Source of the DNA: Alphaproteobacteria bacterium
GTDB lineage: Bacteria; Pseudomonadota; Alphaproteobacteria; JBFXJJ01
Assembly (NCBI GenBank): GCA_050175015.1
Contig: JBFXJJ010000001.1
Span: 224,001 to 288,000, forward strand
Direction: 5' to 3'
DNA: 64,000 nt
Numbering within the stretch: the stretch's first letter is position 1; each line of letters starts with the position of its first letter. Positions 31,343-41,546 of this stretch are shown here, piece by piece. The position numbers and the translations under genes were made by a program. Under the pieces are notes generated by a model that saw only the letters and a list, made by a program, of their open reading frames with translations, ran no database searches and had not been told where the DNA came from.

Positions 31343-33094
31343 TTAAACAGAATAATCGTCTTCTATGATTTGAGCCTCAAAGTCTCTGGACGTTCTTTCT
31401 TCATTTTCACTGGCAATTTTTTCATAAATATCACGGCTGTTGAACATTGCCTTAGCAATTCTACGGCAGAGTTTAAAAATTTGGCTGAAATTTTCAATCA
31501 TCTCCATTTCTCTAGTATAAGTTTGAAGGCGATTGGGTTCAGATGCTACTAGCCTTAAAGCTTGATGGCGAGATACTCTTAAAGTAAGCCGGCTCATTCC
31601 TTTTTTCATTTCATAGACTTCTTTGGCAACGCTCATATTGCGGTCTCTGACTGCGAGAATGATTTTTTCGAGTGCAATCATAATTTGTTGCTGATATTTC
31701 TCTAACATCTCTCTAGTTTCTCGGCTTACGACAACTTTCTCAGCAATGCGCCTTTTTCCTATAGTAACCAGACCTGTTTCGATAAGATCTCCCATATTTT
31801 CAAAGTGATTGGTGATTTGGATAAGTTCCATAATTTCATCAGTTTGATATTCATCATAATCAGACTTTTTAACGAGCTTGCTTAAAAAATCGATAATAAA
31901 GCCGTGGCGCATATCAACACGTTCGTCCATTTTTACAATCGAATCCAATTCATCTTTGTTGCCTGAAATAACAGATTTCATAATTTTATCATACATTTCT
32001 AAAACCGAACGACCTAGCTCTCCTATTTCCATACGGCATCTAGAAAGAGCCATTTCAGGAATATCAAGTAATTCATCACTGATAAAAAGAGGCTTAATTT
32101 TTTCTTGTTTTTCTTCAGGTACTTCAGGAATTAATTTTTCAAAGAATTTAGTAATTTGAGGAATAAACCAGATAAAAAGCATCGTGTTTAAAACATTAAA
32201 CATAGTATGAGCATTGGCGATTTGTCTTGGCATAACCGATAAATCTTGGCTCAGATTAGGATCTGCCTTTGGGGAAATAGCTATAACTAGTTTGGCAATT
32301 TCAGGAATAAACCAAACCCAAATTAAAACTCCAACAACATTAAACGTGACGTGAAACAATGCTGTTCTAAGAGATTCCCTGTTTTTACCGATAATATTAA
32401 AAAGAGCAGTTATACAGGTGCCAATGTTAGCCCCAAAACAAATAGCGATTGCAATCGGAAGGGATAAAAAGCCTTGTCCGGCAAGAACTAATACCAAGCC
32501 CATCGTAGCAACGGAATACTGAATGATACTGGTAAAAACAGCGCCAATTAAAATAGCATAAAAACTATTATTAATATTTTTTATAAATGAAATAAAAGCG
32601 TTATTATCACCTGACGTAATAATGGTTTGTTTCATTAGGTATACACCGTAGAAAATTAAACCAAAACCCAATAAGATATTCCCATATTCTTTTAGTTTTT
32701 CTTTCCGACCAAAAAAACTAATCACAAATCCAATAGTAACTATCGGCAGAGCAATTTTGATAACGTCGAAAGCCAAAATTTGAGTAGCTATTGTGCTGCC
32801 GATATTAGCCCCCATAATGATACCTATGCATTGCATCATAGATATGAGACCAGCAGAGACAAAGCTTACTACAATAGCGATTGTAACAGATGAGGAGTTA
32901 ACTAGACTTGTAATCAAAATACCAGTAAAAATACCCGAAAGGCGGTTTTTTGAAAGTAGAGCTAGAAGATCTTTCATACGGCTGCCAGTAACAATTTTTA
33001 AAGATTTTGTTAAAATATCCATTCCTAGGAGAAATAGAGCTAAACCTCCTAAAAGTCCGCTCCACAAAAAGAAATAATCGGTATTGATGTTCAT
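31343..33094 (-). CDS. Na/Pi cotransporter family protein with PhoU-like C-terminus
   Basis: GGLALFLLGM, NSSS, GANIGST and GANIGT repeats; soluble PhoU-like domain with ENMGD. Confidence 0.92.
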   Translation of the reverse strand: MNINTDYFFLWSGLLGGLALFLLGMDILTKSLKIVTGSRMKDLLALLSKNRLSGIFTGILITSLVNSSSVTIAIVVSFVSAGLISMMQCIGIIMGANIGSTIATQILAFDVIKIALPIVTIGFVISFFGRKEKLKEYGNILLGFGLIFYGVYLMKQTIITSGDNNAFISFIKNINNSFYAILIGAVFTSIIQYSVATMGLVLVLAGQGFLSLPIAIAICFGANIGTCITALFNIIGKNRESLRTALFHVTFNVVGVLIWVWFIPEIAKLVIAISPKADPNLSQDLSVMPRQIANAHTMFNVLNTMLFIWFIPQITKFFEKLIPEVPEEKQEKIKPLFISDELLDIPEMALSRCRMEIGELGRSVLEMYDKIMKSVISGNKDELDSIVKMDERVDMRHGFIIDFLSKLVKKSDYDEYQTDEIMELIQITNHFENMGDLIETGLVTIGKRRIAEKVVVSRETREMLEKYQQQIMIALEKIILAVRDRNMSVAKEVYEMKKGMSRLTLRVSRHQALRLVASEPNRLQTYTREMEMIENFSQIFKLCRRIAKAMFNSRDIYEKIASENEERTSRDFEAQIIEDDYSV

Positions 33095-33192
33095 GATAAT
33101 CCTATTTTTGGTAAGATGGTTTGGGGTAAGAAAAACCTATTTATTATATATGATTTCTAAAATTATTAAATAAATTTTATAATAAAAAGGGG

Positions 33193-33738
33193 CTATTCTT
33201 TAAAAAATTCTTTTAAGAGGTTATAGGCATTAACAACTAGTTTGAAACGTTCTTCCGCATCTTTATCCCCGCCGGTAATATCTGGGTGATATTTTTTAGC
33301 AAGAACTTTGTATCTTTTATGAAGGTCTTTTAGGTCAAAAGGAGGTATAAGCTCCATTATTTGCATAGCGTTTTCTTGCTCAGAATTAACATACCTAGCT
33401 TCTTGATTCTCAGAATTTTTATCTTGATAGAAAAAACCAAAGGAATCGTTTGTTTTATAATTAGCTGCTCTTGTTCCAAAACGCCAAGTTTGGTTTTGCC
33501 ATAAGGCATCACTTCTAATATGATGTTCAATTTCTTCTGGTGTCATATCAGAATAATAGTCCCAAGACTCGTTGTATTCTCTAACGTGTTTTAAGCAAAA
33601 CCAATAATATTCTTTTAAAGATTTATCTTTAGGAGCTTTAAATTCAGCGGGTTCTTCACAGTCAGGATAGTCACACTTTTTGCAAGTTTTGTCTGTCTGT
33701 GGGGCATAGTATTTGGACTTTCTTTTTTTCTTATTCAT
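33193..33738 (-). CDS. DnaJ-domain protein (N-terminal Cys/His motif, C-terminal J domain)
   Basis: CDYPDC...FKAPK...WFCLKHVREYN; J domain with HPD. Confidence 0.88.
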   Translation of the reverse strand: MNKKKRKSKYYAPQTDKTCKKCDYPDCEEPAEFKAPKDKSLKEYYWFCLKHVREYNESWDYYSDMTPEEIEHHIRSDALWQNQTWRFGTRAANYKTNDSFGFFYQDKNSENQEARYVNSEQENAMQIMELIPPFDLKDLHKRYKVLAKKYHPDITGGDKDAEERFKLVVNAYNLLKEFFKE

Positions 33739-33765
33739 TATAAATTCTTAAAATACATCAAGTTC

Positions 33766-35034
33766 CTAGTAATTATTAATCTGTTTTGGAGTTATCTTAA
33801 CAATTGATATTTGATTTCTATTTCGTTGCTCAATCATAAATTCAAAACCATAAAACAGATATTTTTGTCCTTGCTCTGGAATCCTTTCGGTTTCATGCAT
33901 TAAAAATCCAGCAATAGTTGCGGCTTCTTCGTCTGGCAAATTCCAATCGAATCTGCGATTAAGATCTCTGATGGTAACACTACCATCGACAAAGAATGAA
34001 CCTTCTCCAGCAGGGCGGATACCTGCAACATCAATAGGACATTCATCAGTTTCATCATTAATGTCGCCAACAATTTCTTCTAGAATATCTTCTAAAGTTA
34101 CAATGCCTAAAATAGCACCATACTCATCAACCACAATCGCAAAATGTTCTCTTTTAGCTCTAAAATCCTGCAATTGCTGTTTTAAATTTGTGGTTTCCAA
34201 AATAAACCAAGGTTTGGCAACTAATTTGGAGATATTAAGGCTTTCAATATCGCCTTTGTGGTCTTTAACCGCACGCATCAAGCCTTTAGCTCTTAAGATG
34301 CCTATAATGTTGTCGGGTCTATCACGCCAGACAGGAATTCTGGAATAAGGCGCATCTAAGACAATATCAATAATTTCCTTAACAGGTTTGGCAACATCTA
34401 TTGTAAACATATTGCGGCGGTGAGTCATAATTTCATTAACATGGACATCGACTAAATCTAAAACACTGCGAAGCATAGCTCGTTCTTGTTTAATATCTTT
34501 GCTTTTCTGCATATTGATAACACCACGCAGTTCGGCAAGACCAAAACCTGTTTTTTGATTATGAATATCCTTAACTCTTAATATTTTTAAGAGACCATGA
34601 ATAACAAATTGAAGCACAAAGACAATAGGAGACATCATCTTAACAATTAAGTACATCAAATGGGCAATTTTAAGAGCGGTTTTGTTAGGATTTTTAATGG
34701 CGTATGTTTTAGGAATAACTTCTGAAAAAATTAGAACTAAAACCGTCATAACAATTGTAGCGTAAACGACCCCTTTGTTTCCAAACAAGTCAATGAGTAA
34801 ACCTGTAGAAATAGACGTTGCTAAAATATTAACTAAGTTATTTCCAAGAAGAATAGAACTTATTAAATTTTCATAGTTGTTTTTGAGCTTGTTAACAATA
34901 GATGCTCTCTTATCATTTTCACGTTCTTTTTCGTGCATAATTGCAGGAGATGCCGCAGTTAATGCCGTCTCTGATCCTGAGAAAAAAGCTGACATCCCAA
35001 GAAGGATAATAATTGCAATAATTGAAATCCACAT
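33766..35034 (-). CDS. HlyC/CorC (CNNM) transporter with CBS domains
   Basis: SAFFSGSETA, SEVIPKT, YSRIPV and VDEYG...TLEDILEEIVG motifs. Confidence 0.93.
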   Translation of the reverse strand: MWISIIAIIILLGMSAFFSGSETALTAASPAIMHEKERENDKRASIVNKLKNNYENLISSILLGNNLVNILATSISTGLLIDLFGNKGVVYATIVMTVLVLIFSEVIPKTYAIKNPNKTALKIAHLMYLIVKMMSPIVFVLQFVIHGLLKILRVKDIHNQKTGFGLAELRGVINMQKSKDIKQERAMLRSVLDLVDVHVNEIMTHRRNMFTIDVAKPVKEIIDIVLDAPYSRIPVWRDRPDNIIGILRAKGLMRAVKDHKGDIESLNISKLVAKPWFILETTNLKQQLQDFRAKREHFAIVVDEYGAILGIVTLEDILEEIVGDINDETDECPIDVAGIRPAGEGSFFVDGSVTIRDLNRRFDWNLPDEEAATIAGFLMHETERIPEQGQKYLFYGFEFMIEQRNRNQISIVKITPKQINNY

Positions 35035-35041
35035 ATAGTCC

Positions 35042-36172
35042 CTATATAAAATGATTTATGATACTACTAATATCGTCAATAGACGCCTCGGCATAGGTAA
35101 AAGCGTTTCCTATGTTTTTTAATAATACCAGATTAATTTTGCCGTCTTTATTTTTCTTATCTCTTTCCATAAAGTCAATAATTTGAGAAGCTGTTACTTT
35201 TTCAAAGTATGGAATATCTGATATTTTAGTAAATAATTCCAGCTCATCAAAATGTTGTTTTATTTCATCAAACGTTCCCTTAGGAGCAAACCCCAGTTTT
35301 TCTGAAAGCATAGTTGCCATAAGCATACCAATACCGACGGCTTCTCCGTGAAGAAGTTTTTTATCATTAAAATCAACAATTCCTTCAAGAGCGTGTCCAA
35401 AGCTGTGCCCAAAATTTAAAAGAGCTCTAATGTTATTTTCTTTTTCATCTTTTGCAACAATTTTAGCTTTAATTTTACAACTTTCTAAAACAGCATATTG
35501 GAGTTTTTCTTTGTTTAAACGAGTGATTTGTTTGCCGTTTTCTTTCAAGTATTTCCAAAAAGCTTTATTTTGAATTAAACCATATTTTGCCATTTCGGCA
35601 TAACCTGATTTAATCTGCCTCTTATCAAGGGTTTTAAGCGATGCTAAATCGGCAATAACCATTTTAGGTTGATAGAATGAACCAATCAAATTCTTGCCAA
35701 ACTCAGCATTAATAGCAGTTTTGCCGCCAACAGAGCTGTCAACTTGTGATAATAATGTGGTTGGGATTTGAACAAAATCAATACCTCTTAGGATAATCGA
35801 CGCCGTAAAACCAGCTAAATCACCGATTACTCCTCCGCCGAGTGCTAGTATAATAGACGATCTATTGATTCTTCCGCCTAAAAGGGTTTCGCAAATTTTT
35901 TCCAGCCAGAAAAAGCTTTTAATTTTTTCTCCAGAAGGAAGAATAAAACTTGCATATTCAATCCCTGATTTTTCTAATGATTTTTCTAAAACATCAAGAT
36001 AAATAGGAGCGACTCTTTCATCAGAAATAATGAAAGTTTTTCTTTTACCGATAATAGGTTTAAGTAAGTCTCCGGTTTTTTTTAGAAGGTTGTGCCCGAT
36101 TTTGATGTCATAGGAGTCTTTTTTTAAGTTTACTCTTGTTTCAACTATGTTTTTATCCAACGTCTTATCCAT
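35042..36172 (-). CDS. aroB: 3-dehydroquinate synthase
   Basis: GGGVIGDL, PTTLLSQVDSSVGGKT, LNFGHSFGHA and HGEAV motifs. Confidence 0.97.
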   Translation of the reverse strand: MDKTLDKNIVETRVNLKKDSYDIKIGHNLLKKTGDLLKPIIGKRKTFIISDERVAPIYLDVLEKSLEKSGIEYASFILPSGEKIKSFFWLEKICETLLGGRINRSSIILALGGGVIGDLAGFTASIILRGIDFVQIPTTLLSQVDSSVGGKTAINAEFGKNLIGSFYQPKMVIADLASLKTLDKRQIKSGYAEMAKYGLIQNKAFWKYLKENGKQITRLNKEKLQYAVLESCKIKAKIVAKDEKENNIRALLNFGHSFGHALEGIVDFNDKKLLHGEAVGIGMLMATMLSEKLGFAPKGTFDEIKQHFDELELFTKISDIPYFEKVTASQIIDFMERDKKNKDGKINLVLLKNIGNAFTYAEASIDDISSIINHFI

Positions 36173-36710
36173 TCTTTAAATATTTTTCTATTGCCTCAAC
36201 AGTTCTTTTGAGAGTTTTACTAACATTTTCGTCCTTGGTTTCAACTGTTATATCAGCTTCAGCATAGATATGATATCTATCATCAATAAATTTTTGAAGT
36301 TTTTCTTTCAAATTTTCTCCTAAAAGAAGAGGACGCCTTTTTTTTCCTTTGGTTCTTTTTTCTAAAACATCTAAATCAGCTTTAAGCCATATAGTAATAG
36401 CTTTTTCCTTAGCCTTAGCTCTAATATCCTCGGGAAGGTAGGCTCCTCCCCCAGAGGCAATGACACAAGGTGCTCTGTCAAGCAGGCGGGTCATAACTTT
36501 TTTTTCGCCGTTTCTAAATTCAGCTTCGCCATAAAAATGAAAAATATCAGAAATTGAGCAGCCAGCAGAAGTTTCAACTTCATTGTCGCCGTCAACAAAG
36601 GGCAAATTAAAATATTTTGCCAGTCTTTTCCCAACACTTGTTTTGCCGCAGCCCATAAGACCAACCAGCAGAATAATTTTAGGTACTTCGAAATCAGCTT
36701 TTTCTATCAT
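36165..36710 (-). CDS. aroK: Shikimate kinase
   Basis: GLMGCGKT, GEAEFR, SGGG and RPLL motifs. Confidence 0.96.
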   Translation of the reverse strand: MIEKADFEVPKIILLVGLMGCGKTSVGKRLAKYFNLPFVDGDNEVETSAGCSISDIFHFYGEAEFRNGEKKVMTRLLDRAPCVIASGGGAYLPEDIRAKAKEKAITIWLKADLDVLEKRTKGKKRRPLLLGENLKEKLQKFIDDRYHIYAEADITVETKDENVSKTLKRTVEAIEKYLKNG

Positions 36711-36837
36711 TGGCTTCTAATTAAATTGTTTTTTTTGCAAACAGAATATACATTGTATTTATAAAATATGGTATCTTTATATAATATTTTCATAAATGTT
36801 TAACATTAGATAAATTTTTTAAGGAGCAATAAACCTT

Positions 36838-36978
36838 ATGAAAAGAAATTCATCAAATCTCATTTGGCTGCCAATTGTTGCAATTTTAGGGGTATTTTTA
36901 GTGGTTTCAGTTTTTGTAGCAAATGCTAAGCCCCCTGTTAAAAATGTTGAAGTTGTAATTCCTAATGACAAGCTCTAA
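36838..36978 (+). CDS. Small single-TM protein (46 aa), not in the ORF track
   Basis: MKRNSSNLIWLPIVAILGVFLVVSVFVANAKPPVKNVEVVIPNDKL*. AAGGAG at 36821; overlaps the next gene's start. Confidence 0.75.
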   Translation: MKRNSSNLIWLPIVAILGVFLVVSVFVANAKPPVKNVEVVIPNDKL

Positions 36979-38575
36979 AATTAAACAAATTTTTTTCAAA
37001 TTAATTTTTTTGGCAGCATTTAAAAGCTTTTCTGCGGTTGCAGCGCCAATTTCCTTAATTCCTGATGATTCGGCAATTGTAGAACTGCCAGCCATTCAAA
37101 TTGGAACAGTTGTTAAAGACGTAAACTCCAATTCGAATGGAATTACGGTTATTGGTTTAGATGATATTAACATTAACAATACGGGCTTTTCTTATGATGA
37201 CCAAGAAGGCTATGCCTTTGATGTTTGGCAAGGTGCTGACAATAAAACTTTGAGCAATGTTCTTGACCATTTAGATACTGGTTTTAAGTTTAATGTTTTT
37301 TATGACATTGTAAAAAAACTTTTAACGGTATCTGCTAAGCCTCCTCTTAATGCGGACAACTTTTTATATTACAGGTTAAAAACTTTAGTAAAGCTAGGAA
37401 TGACTAGTGAATCTTTAAAGTTAATAAAAATGGCGGGATTAAAGAATTTTGATAATATCATCAAACCCAAAATCGATGGCTTATATCTTTTATTACTATT
37501 AATAGAAGATACTAAAATCTGTGATAATTTTAAGTCGCTTGGTGATAATTTGGATAACATTACTAAGCAAAAAATAGAAGCCGTTTGTTACTTAAATCAA
37601 AATCAAAACGATAAAGCTTTGCTCAAGGTAAATCTCTTAAGAGACAGCGGCTATAGTGATAATGATTTTTATAATTTAATTGAATATATAACAGGCGCAT
37701 CATTATCCAAACCAGATATGGCAACGATAGTTGTATCTCCACTTAATATTATTGCGGCTTTAAATAATAAGGAACTAGCTAATCTCTTGCCTGAAGAGAC
37801 GGATAATATATGGTATTATAAAGTTTTGGCTTTAAACAATAGAACACCGGCGTCGAAAAGAATCAAAGCTGCAGAAAAAGCATTAAGCCTTGGTATTATC
37901 AAAAATGATATTGTTGAAAAAGCTTATTTTGATGCCGAATTTAAGCCCAAAGAATTAGAAAAGGCTTTAAGTATTGCCGCTAAAATTTCTCCCCATATGG
38001 GAAGAGCTATTTTGTACCAAAGTATTATAAACCGCAAGAGCAGTGCAGAACAAATTGAAATTATAGCTAAAGCATTCAGCCTAGAGAAATCTCGGGAATC
38101 TTTGGTGATTAATGCTTCAGTTTATAACCCGATTATTAACGAATTAGTTTTCTCCAAAAATATTTCGTGGTTTTATAACTATGCTGCTTGTTCTATGGTT
38201 TATTCTAATTCCTTAAATAGAATCAATGAAGTCCTAGACACGGTTGCAATTATTAAGACTAAAAAAACAGCTCTTGCAATGGTCTTAAGTCGCTTTTTTA
38301 ATATATCTTATAATCAAAGTGCCGATTATGAACAAATTGAACCATTTACTTGTGTAGCTTTAAATGGCGAGGTTTTAAGTGGTATGGAGCATAAAAATAG
38401 CGGAGAAACGTTGTTGATTTTGGCATCAGTTTTAAAGACAACTGAGCCAGCAAAAATTTGTCCCCACACGTTGGAAAAAATACTAAACCTTTTAAAACGC
38501 AAGGGATTTAAAAAAGAGGCAGAAAACATAGCGTATCAAGCTCTTATCGAAAGCTATAATATCTTAAACTATTAA
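36965..38575 (+). CDS. Exported helical hypothetical protein upstream of xerD
   Basis: Signal peptide (..FSAVA), DVWQG motif and helical-repeat-like body; position between aroK and xerD. Confidence 0.7.
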   Translation: MTSSKIKQIFFKLIFLAAFKSFSAVAAPISLIPDDSAIVELPAIQIGTVVKDVNSNSNGITVIGLDDININNTGFSYDDQEGYAFDVWQGADNKTLSNVLDHLDTGFKFNVFYDIVKKLLTVSAKPPLNADNFLYYRLKTLVKLGMTSESLKLIKMAGLKNFDNIIKPKIDGLYLLLLLIEDTKICDNFKSLGDNLDNITKQKIEAVCYLNQNQNDKALLKVNLLRDSGYSDNDFYNLIEYITGASLSKPDMATIVVSPLNIIAALNNKELANLLPEETDNIWYYKVLALNNRTPASKRIKAAEKALSLGIIKNDIVEKAYFDAEFKPKELEKALSIAAKISPHMGRAILYQSIINRKSSAEQIEIIAKAFSLEKSRESLVINASVYNPIINELVFSKNISWFYNYAACSMVYSNSLNRINEVLDTVAIIKTKKTALAMVLSRFFNISYNQSADYEQIEPFTCVALNGEVLSGMEHKNSGETLLILASVLKTTEPAKICPHTLEKILNLLKRKGFKKEAENIAYQALIESYNILNY

Positions 38576-38590
38576 ATTTAAGGTTTTTTT

Positions 38591-39496
38591 ATGGATAATG
38601 CTGTTCTTATCGAATCCTTTTTGGAAATGATTATTGCTGAAGGCGGAGCATCTGCTAATACCGTTGCTGCATATAAAAATGATCTAATTTCTTTGAGTTT
38701 GTGTCTTGAAGAAAAAGGCAGTGATTTAAAAAATGCCAAGGAAAAGGATTTAAGGGATTTTTTAGCACAGTTATCTAAAAATGGGTTTGCTAAGAAAAGC
38801 CAAAGCCGAAAAATTTCAGCTCTAAAAATGTTCTATCGTTTTTTGTTTACTGAAGAAATTATCAAAATCAATCCGAGTGAAAATTTAGATAGTCCAAAGA
38901 CAGGGAAATCATTGCCTAAATACTTGTCAGAAGATGAAATAAAACTTTTAATTAAAGCCGCGGGAATGATAAAGGGCAAAAGAGGTCTTAAAATAAAAGC
39001 CTTAATAGAGTTGTTATATTCAACAGGTTTGCGAGTATCCGAGTTGGTGGGATTGCCAATTTCGGCGGTAGCTCGAAATCCAGAATTTATTATTGTAAGA
39101 GGTAAGGGCAGTAAGGAGCGGCTGGTTCCTTTAAGTACTTATGCCAAAGATGCAGTTAATGCTTGGCTTCAAACTAGATCGGAGCAAAAAGGGAAGAAAA
39201 TTATATCAAAATGGCTTTTTCCATCGGACTCTAAGTTAGGACATCTAACAAGAGATGGTTTTTTTAAAATAATGAAAGAGCTGGCGTTAAATGCTGGAAT
39301 TAATCCTGAAAGAGTTTCTCCTCACGTAATCAGACATTCTTTTGCCAGCCATTTAGTAGCCCACGATGCCGATTTAAGAACCGTGCAGAAGATGCTTGGG
39401 CATTCTGATATTGCAACTACAGAAATTTATACCCACCTACTTGATGAAAAATTGACCTCTATAGTTAGCAATTTTCACCCATTAAGCCGAAAATAG
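38591..39496 (+). CDS. xerD: Site-specific tyrosine recombinase XerD
   Basis: SANTVAAY, TGLRVSEL, GKGSKER, SPHVIRHSFASH and LGHSDIATTEIYTH motifs; conserved location by aroK. Confidence 0.9.
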   Translation: MDNAVLIESFLEMIIAEGGASANTVAAYKNDLISLSLCLEEKGSDLKNAKEKDLRDFLAQLSKNGFAKKSQSRKISALKMFYRFLFTEEIIKINPSENLDSPKTGKSLPKYLSEDEIKLLIKAAGMIKGKRGLKIKALIELLYSTGLRVSELVGLPISAVARNPEFIIVRGKGSKERLVPLSTYAKDAVNAWLQTRSEQKGKKIISKWLFPSDSKLGHLTRDGFFKIMKELALNAGINPERVSPHVIRHSFASHLVAHDADLRTVQKMLGHSDIATTEIYTHLLDEKLTSIVSNFHPLSRK

Positions 39497-39551
39497 TTTT
39501 TAAATTAATTTACCTAAGCCAAGATATGGCTCTAATCGTATTAAATTTGAT

Positions 39552-39582
39552 ATCTATTTGCTTTTAGTCAAAGCAAATAGAT
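39552..39582. terminator. Hairpin between convergent xerD and integrase (probable bidirectional terminator)
   Basis: atctatttgcttt-tagtc-aaagcaaatagat 13-bp stem. Confidence 0.55.
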
Positions 39583-39737
39583 TTGTCTTTATATAAAATA
39601 GCTAACTACATAGCTAAAACAATTTAAAACAGGGAAATAAAATGTTCTATCTAGCTTGTTTTGTTAGCTATTTTTTCAAAATTCATCATCAAGATACTTT
39701 GACCTTGTTGCAAATTTAATTAGAAAATATTTTAAAA

Positions 39738-41012
39738 CTATTTTGCCTTTCTTAATTCATAAATATTATTCATAGGATCTCTTTCACCACTAAGAGCTTT
39801 TTCAATCCGTAGAGAAATCTTATCAGCAGCACTTATCAGGCTTGAATCGACATTATGACTATAACGATTCGTTACTCCGCCTAAATTGTGTCCTAAAAGA
39901 CCGGCAATGGTAAGCTCAATAAAGCCCATATCTGCTCCTAAGCTTGCAAAGCTGTGTCTTAAAGTGTGAATTGAAATTTCAGGTTTTAAAAATGCCTTTC
40001 CTGTTTTTGGGTCTTTCTGTCGGCAGATCCGTTTAAAAATTTTTGAAATTCCCTTAAAATTGCAATCACTTACATGAGAAGGAAAAACCCAAACAGGGTG
40101 AGATTTTTTCTTAAGTTCTTGAAGCAAATGCAATGCGCCTTGACCAAAACATCTGGTTTGTTTCCCTGTTTTGGTATCAGGAAATCTGAAACACTTGTTT
40201 TTCAAGTCCACATATTCCCATTTTAAGGTTAGAATTTCATTTTTACGGCAACCAGTTAGCAGTAGTAATTTTATGGCATTAATAGCAATTTTATTAATTC
40301 CTTGCTTTTCTGCTAATAATAAAGCACGGCTTAAGGCTTCAATATCACCAAAGTTTAAAAAGAAGTCTTTTTTATTATCGGAATACTTCTTTACACCCCG
40401 AGAAGGGTTATGTTCAATGATATCTCGTCTTCTAGCAAATTCTAAAATACTGCCAAACATACCAACGGTTCGACTGGCAACAGTTTTGCCGCCCCTGACC
40501 TTAATAAAGCTGCGTAGTTTTTTGCCGCGCCTCTTAAATGCTGTTTTGCCTTGAGCAATATCAACCATCATTTTTTCGATAACAGCTGTTGTTAGGCTAT
40601 TTACAGGCATATTTCCAATGAGGGGCTTAATATGGCGTTCGATTCTGCTAATGTCCATTTTAATGGTTGAGATTTTTTTGTTCTCACAACCTTCTCTAAT
40701 ATATAAGTCGCAAAGCTCACTTACTTTTAAATATTTCTTTTTGTCAGCTTTCTCAACAGCAGGATCTCGACCCATAATCACTTCTGCCAGACGTTTTTTA
40801 GCAATTTTTCTGGCCTCAGTCGCATTTAACTTGTCGGTATGACCTAAAGTTAATTTTCTTATAATTCCTTCAGCATTGCGATACATCACAATCCAAGATT
40901 TCGTATGTTTCCTAACCCTTAATCCAAAACCTTTAACTCTATCGTCCCAATACGTTTTTTCTTTTTCGTGATAAGGCACCTGCTTAACGAACCCTTTTGT
41001 TAATTTTGTCAT
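39738..41012 (-). CDS. Phage/island-type tyrosine integrase with N-terminal arm-binding domain
   Basis: YWDDRVKGFGLRV...KSW arm domain; catalytic R (TGCRKNE), K (DTKTG), HTLRH, LLGH and Y (NRYSH) all present. Confidence 0.93.
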   Translation of the reverse strand: MTKLTKGFVKQVPYHEKEKTYWDDRVKGFGLRVRKHTKSWIVMYRNAEGIIRKLTLGHTDKLNATEARKIAKKRLAEVIMGRDPAVEKADKKKYLKVSELCDLYIREGCENKKISTIKMDISRIERHIKPLIGNMPVNSLTTAVIEKMMVDIAQGKTAFKRRGKKLRSFIKVRGGKTVASRTVGMFGSILEFARRRDIIEHNPSRGVKKYSDNKKDFFLNFGDIEALSRALLLAEKQGINKIAINAIKLLLLTGCRKNEILTLKWEYVDLKNKCFRFPDTKTGKQTRCFGQGALHLLQELKKKSHPVWVFPSHVSDCNFKGISKIFKRICRQKDPKTGKAFLKPEISIHTLRHSFASLGADMGFIELTIAGLLGHNLGGVTNRYSHNVDSSLISAADKISLRIEKALSGERDPMNNIYELRKAK

Positions 41013-41043
41013 GGCGGCAACTCCTTAAAATTGCTCCAATTTA

Positions 41044-41230
41044 TTTTGGGTAGCGTGTTGGGTAACACCTCATAAAACAATTATATCAGTTTTTTTAGAA
41101 TGAATCAAATCTTAACTAAAAAGTAAGATTCAGTATTTATAATACATTAGGAGTTTTATGCGTGATATAAACAGGGTAATTTTGGGGTAACAAATGGGTA
41201 GCAAATTTCATAAAAATTTAATCAATTTGT
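41044..41230. repeat. Duplicated block of GGGTA(A/G)(C/T) direct repeats upstream of the integrase (arm-type-site-like)
   Basis: Heptamers at 41048, 41060, 41174, 41185 and 41196 (11-12 bp spacing); both blocks are followed by tcataaaa. Confidence 0.6.
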
Positions 41231-41546
41231 AAAAATAATAAACCACATCTCTTCTTAAAAAATGACGTTTTCTAATGAATTTGAATAAAATTTTATTTAA
41301 ATTTAAATCTATTTTAATTAGATTTAAAAATAAAAAAGGTTATGCTCGATGTTGTTTTGTCATTGAATATAAACTATTTTTTTAGGTGTTAAAACTAGCT
41401 GGGGTTAGCATAAAAAGAACAAAGAAGGAATATTGTTTAATTAATTTTTGTCCACTGTAGTCTAAAAAGCAATTGTTTGACATTAAAATCATAGTTTTTA
41501 AAAAATGTTATTTTATTTTATGGTTATCTCATTATAATCCGTAGGA

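Noticed and set aside
38591-41012. xerD plus integrase as an integron or XerC/XerD pair
   Set aside because: The second recombinase has an arm-binding domain and lacks IntI or XerC features; no attC cassettes or dif site were seen.
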